From Spirochaetota bacterium (GTDB lineage: Bacteria > Spirochaetota > B62-G9 > DRHN01): 47,104 bases of DNA. The position numbers and the translations under genes are program-made. This document shows positions 45,489 through 47,104 of the stretch, one piece after another. The DNA is taken from contig DAOVJS010000002.1 in the NCBI GenBank assembly GCA_030673105.1, forward strand, positions 1 through 47,104, in the 5' to 3' direction. Position 1 is the stretch's first letter. Each line of letters begins with the position of its first letter. The notes beneath the pieces are model-generated. The model ran no database searches. It saw only the letters and a list, made by a program, of their open reading frames with translations, and was not told the origin of the DNA.

Positions 45489-46886
45489 ATGTTAAGAACC
45501 ACACCCTTTGATACCATAGCAGCCATATCGACTCCGCCGGGTGAGGGCGGGATCGGCATAGTAAAAATAAGCGGGGAAAATACCTTTGATATCGTTAAAA
45601 ATATTTTTCATCCCCACGGAAAAAAGGATTTAAATAACAGTGTAAGATCTTTCACAATGCGTCTTGGATACATTAAGGGGGATGAGGATATTGTAGATGA
45701 AGCGCTTGTCTCCCTGATGAAGGCCCCTCACACTTACACACGGGAAGATATCGCGGAGATTAACTGCCACGGCGGGGCAGTTGCCGTAAATAAAGTCCTG
45801 CGCCTTGTGCTCATGAAGGGAGCCCGCCTTGCGGAGCCCGGGGAGTTTACAAAAAGGGCATTTATCAACGGGAGGATAGATCTCGCGCAGGCAGAGGCGG
45901 TGCTCGATATTGTCAGAGCTAAAACAGGAAAGGCCCTTGAGACTGCCCTTACTCAACTTAAAGGCAGCCTTTCGGAAAAAATAAACGGACTGATTCAAAA
46001 ATTAAAAGACATCCTCGTAATGCTTGAAGCGAATATCGACTTCCCTGATGAAGAGGATACGACTGCCGTTGATATAGATAAGTTAAAAATTGCTACTCAT
46101 TCAGTACAAAAAGAACTTAAAACCCTTATCGCAAGCTATGATACAGGAAAGATATATAAGGACGGTGTTTTGACAGCTCTAGCAGGGAAGCCGAATGTCG
46201 GGAAATCGAGCATTTTAAACGCGTTTCTTAAATTTGAAAGGGCAATCGTAACCCCGATACCCGGGACAACCAGAGACGTAATTGAGGAGCAGCTGAACCT
46301 GAACGGTATTCCTTTTATACTTGCCGACACCGCAGGCATAACAGAATCAGACAATGTCATTGAAAAAGAGGGTGTTAAAAGAAGCAGGACCTGCATGGAC
46401 AGGGCCGGGCTCATTCTTCTTGTATTTGACGGGAGCTGCCCGTTGGACAGGAGGGATTTTGAGCTGGCAAAAAAAGCAAAGTCCGGGCGGTATATACCTA
46501 TTATAAATAAGACCGACCTGACCCTGACCTTGAACACAGAAGAACTTGTCAGAAAAACCGGTATGAAACCCGACTTCGTTTATCTATCCGCGAAAGAAGG
46601 AACCGGCCTGAAAGAGCTTGAAAAAAAAATGACGGAGATGGTCGTAACTGGAAACACGGGAGGCGACTACTCCCTGATGGTAACAAGCTCGAGACATTAC
46701 ACTATTCTGAAAAAAGCCCTAAAAGAGCTGCTATACGCGGTAAAACCTCCGGACGGAGATATGGAACCGGAACTCATGGCGTACGATGTCCGGAGCGCGA
46801 TGGATATCCTCGGAGAGATAACAGGGGAAGTCACAACAACTGAAATACTCAATGAAATATTCAATAACTTCTGTATCGGAAAATAA
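45489..46886 (+). CDS. mnmE: tRNA modification GTPase MnmE
   Basis: 465 aa. It has TIAAISTPPGEGGIGIVKISG, the G1 motif GKPNVGKSSILN, and a C-terminal FCIGK. Confidence 0.95.
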   Translation: MLRTTPFDTIAAISTPPGEGGIGIVKISGENTFDIVKNIFHPHGKKDLNNSVRSFTMRLGYIKGDEDIVDEALVSLMKAPHTYTREDIAEINCHGGAVAVNKVLRLVLMKGARLAEPGEFTKRAFINGRIDLAQAEAVLDIVRAKTGKALETALTQLKGSLSEKINGLIQKLKDILVMLEANIDFPDEEDTTAVDIDKLKIATHSVQKELKTLIASYDTGKIYKDGVLTALAGKPNVGKSSILNAFLKFERAIVTPIPGTTRDVIEEQLNLNGIPFILADTAGITESDNVIEKEGVKRSRTCMDRAGLILLVFDGSCPLDRRDFELAKKAKSGRYIPIINKTDLTLTLNTEELVRKTGMKPDFVYLSAKEGTGLKELEKKMTEMVVTGNTGGDYSLMVTSSRHYTILKKALKELLYAVKPPDGDMEPELMAYDVRSAMDILGEITGEVTTTEILNEIFNNFCIGK

Positions 46887-46970
46887 TGCGGGTAAGATTT
46901 AATTTGATTTTTCACAGTTAATTGATATCTTTTTGCTAATCTCAAATACCCAGACATTTCGGAGAACCGG

Positions 46971-47104
46971 ATGGACAAAGAAAAAATTAAAAAAGCGGTT
47001 AAAATGATTATCGAAGAAATCGATCCCGACCCCGACAGGCCCGACATTGTTAAAACTCCCGAGAGAGTCGCAAGGATGTATGAAGATATCTTTTCAGGGG
47101 GCTT
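46971..47104 (+). CDS. folE: GTP cyclohydrolase I, N-terminal fragment (runs off the window)
   Basis: [43 protein letters not shown] matches the FolE N-terminal pattern (..TP.RVA+MY.E.F.G). Confidence 0.75.
   Translation, partial: MDKEKIKKAVKMIIEEIDPDPDRPDIVKTPERVARMYEDIFSGG

Noticed and set aside
1-47104. A mobile element, prophage, defence island or toxin-antitoxin pair
   Set aside because: I recognised no transposase, integrase, phage structural gene, restriction/Cas/nuclease-NTPase gene or small paired ORFs. No flanking long inverted or direct repeats were noticed.

Overview
This 47,104-nt window reads as a chromosomal segment of an anaerobic, spirochaete-like bacterium. The taxonomic guess rests on two FlaA-type flagellar sheath genes, fliS, two Maf-type genes and sigma28-type promoters. 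The standard genetic code applies: TGA ends several genes and TGG encodes Trp. About 45 protein genes are densely packed. I recognised no rRNA, tRNA, CRISPR array, transposase, integrase or phage gene.

Gene order, left to right:
- Left end: the tail of a thioredoxin-domain protein, OsmC, BioY, and an AT-rich pair of LptF/G-like membrane proteins.
- Plus-strand array (GC-rich, tightly spaced): korDABC, hdrA (with a fused MvhD domain), hdrC, hdrB, a CYTH frame split by one in-frame TGA, Ppx/GppA, and aldehyde:ferredoxin oxidoreductase.
- Long minus-strand array: flaA, flaA, an unknown gene, bactofilin, a small ORF, kdsB, a DHDPS-like gene and an epimerase. A 31-bp tandem repeat sits at the kdsB 3' end.
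- Housekeeping run: lipA, a SPOR protein, coaE, polA.
- Flagellar accessory block: a repeat-bearing GAF/degenerate-GGDEF protein, maf, maf, fliS and a FliT-like gene.
- A motif-dense intergenic region, then hsp20, then pheT.
- An LctBCD-like block (aminotransferase, etfB, etfA, FAD oxidase, 2-hydroxyacid dehydrogenase), divergent from a PaaI thioesterase plus an ATP-grasp::FMN-barrel fusion.
- Right end: mnmE and the start of folE.

My best candidates for something undescribed are:
- the ATP-grasp::FMN fusion and its neighbourhood;
- the kor-hdr-aor array;
- the flagellar glycosylation/GGDEF-like block;
- the hsp20 upstream regulatory region.

All family calls come from motif recognition by eye. 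No searches or computations beyond hand counting were run.
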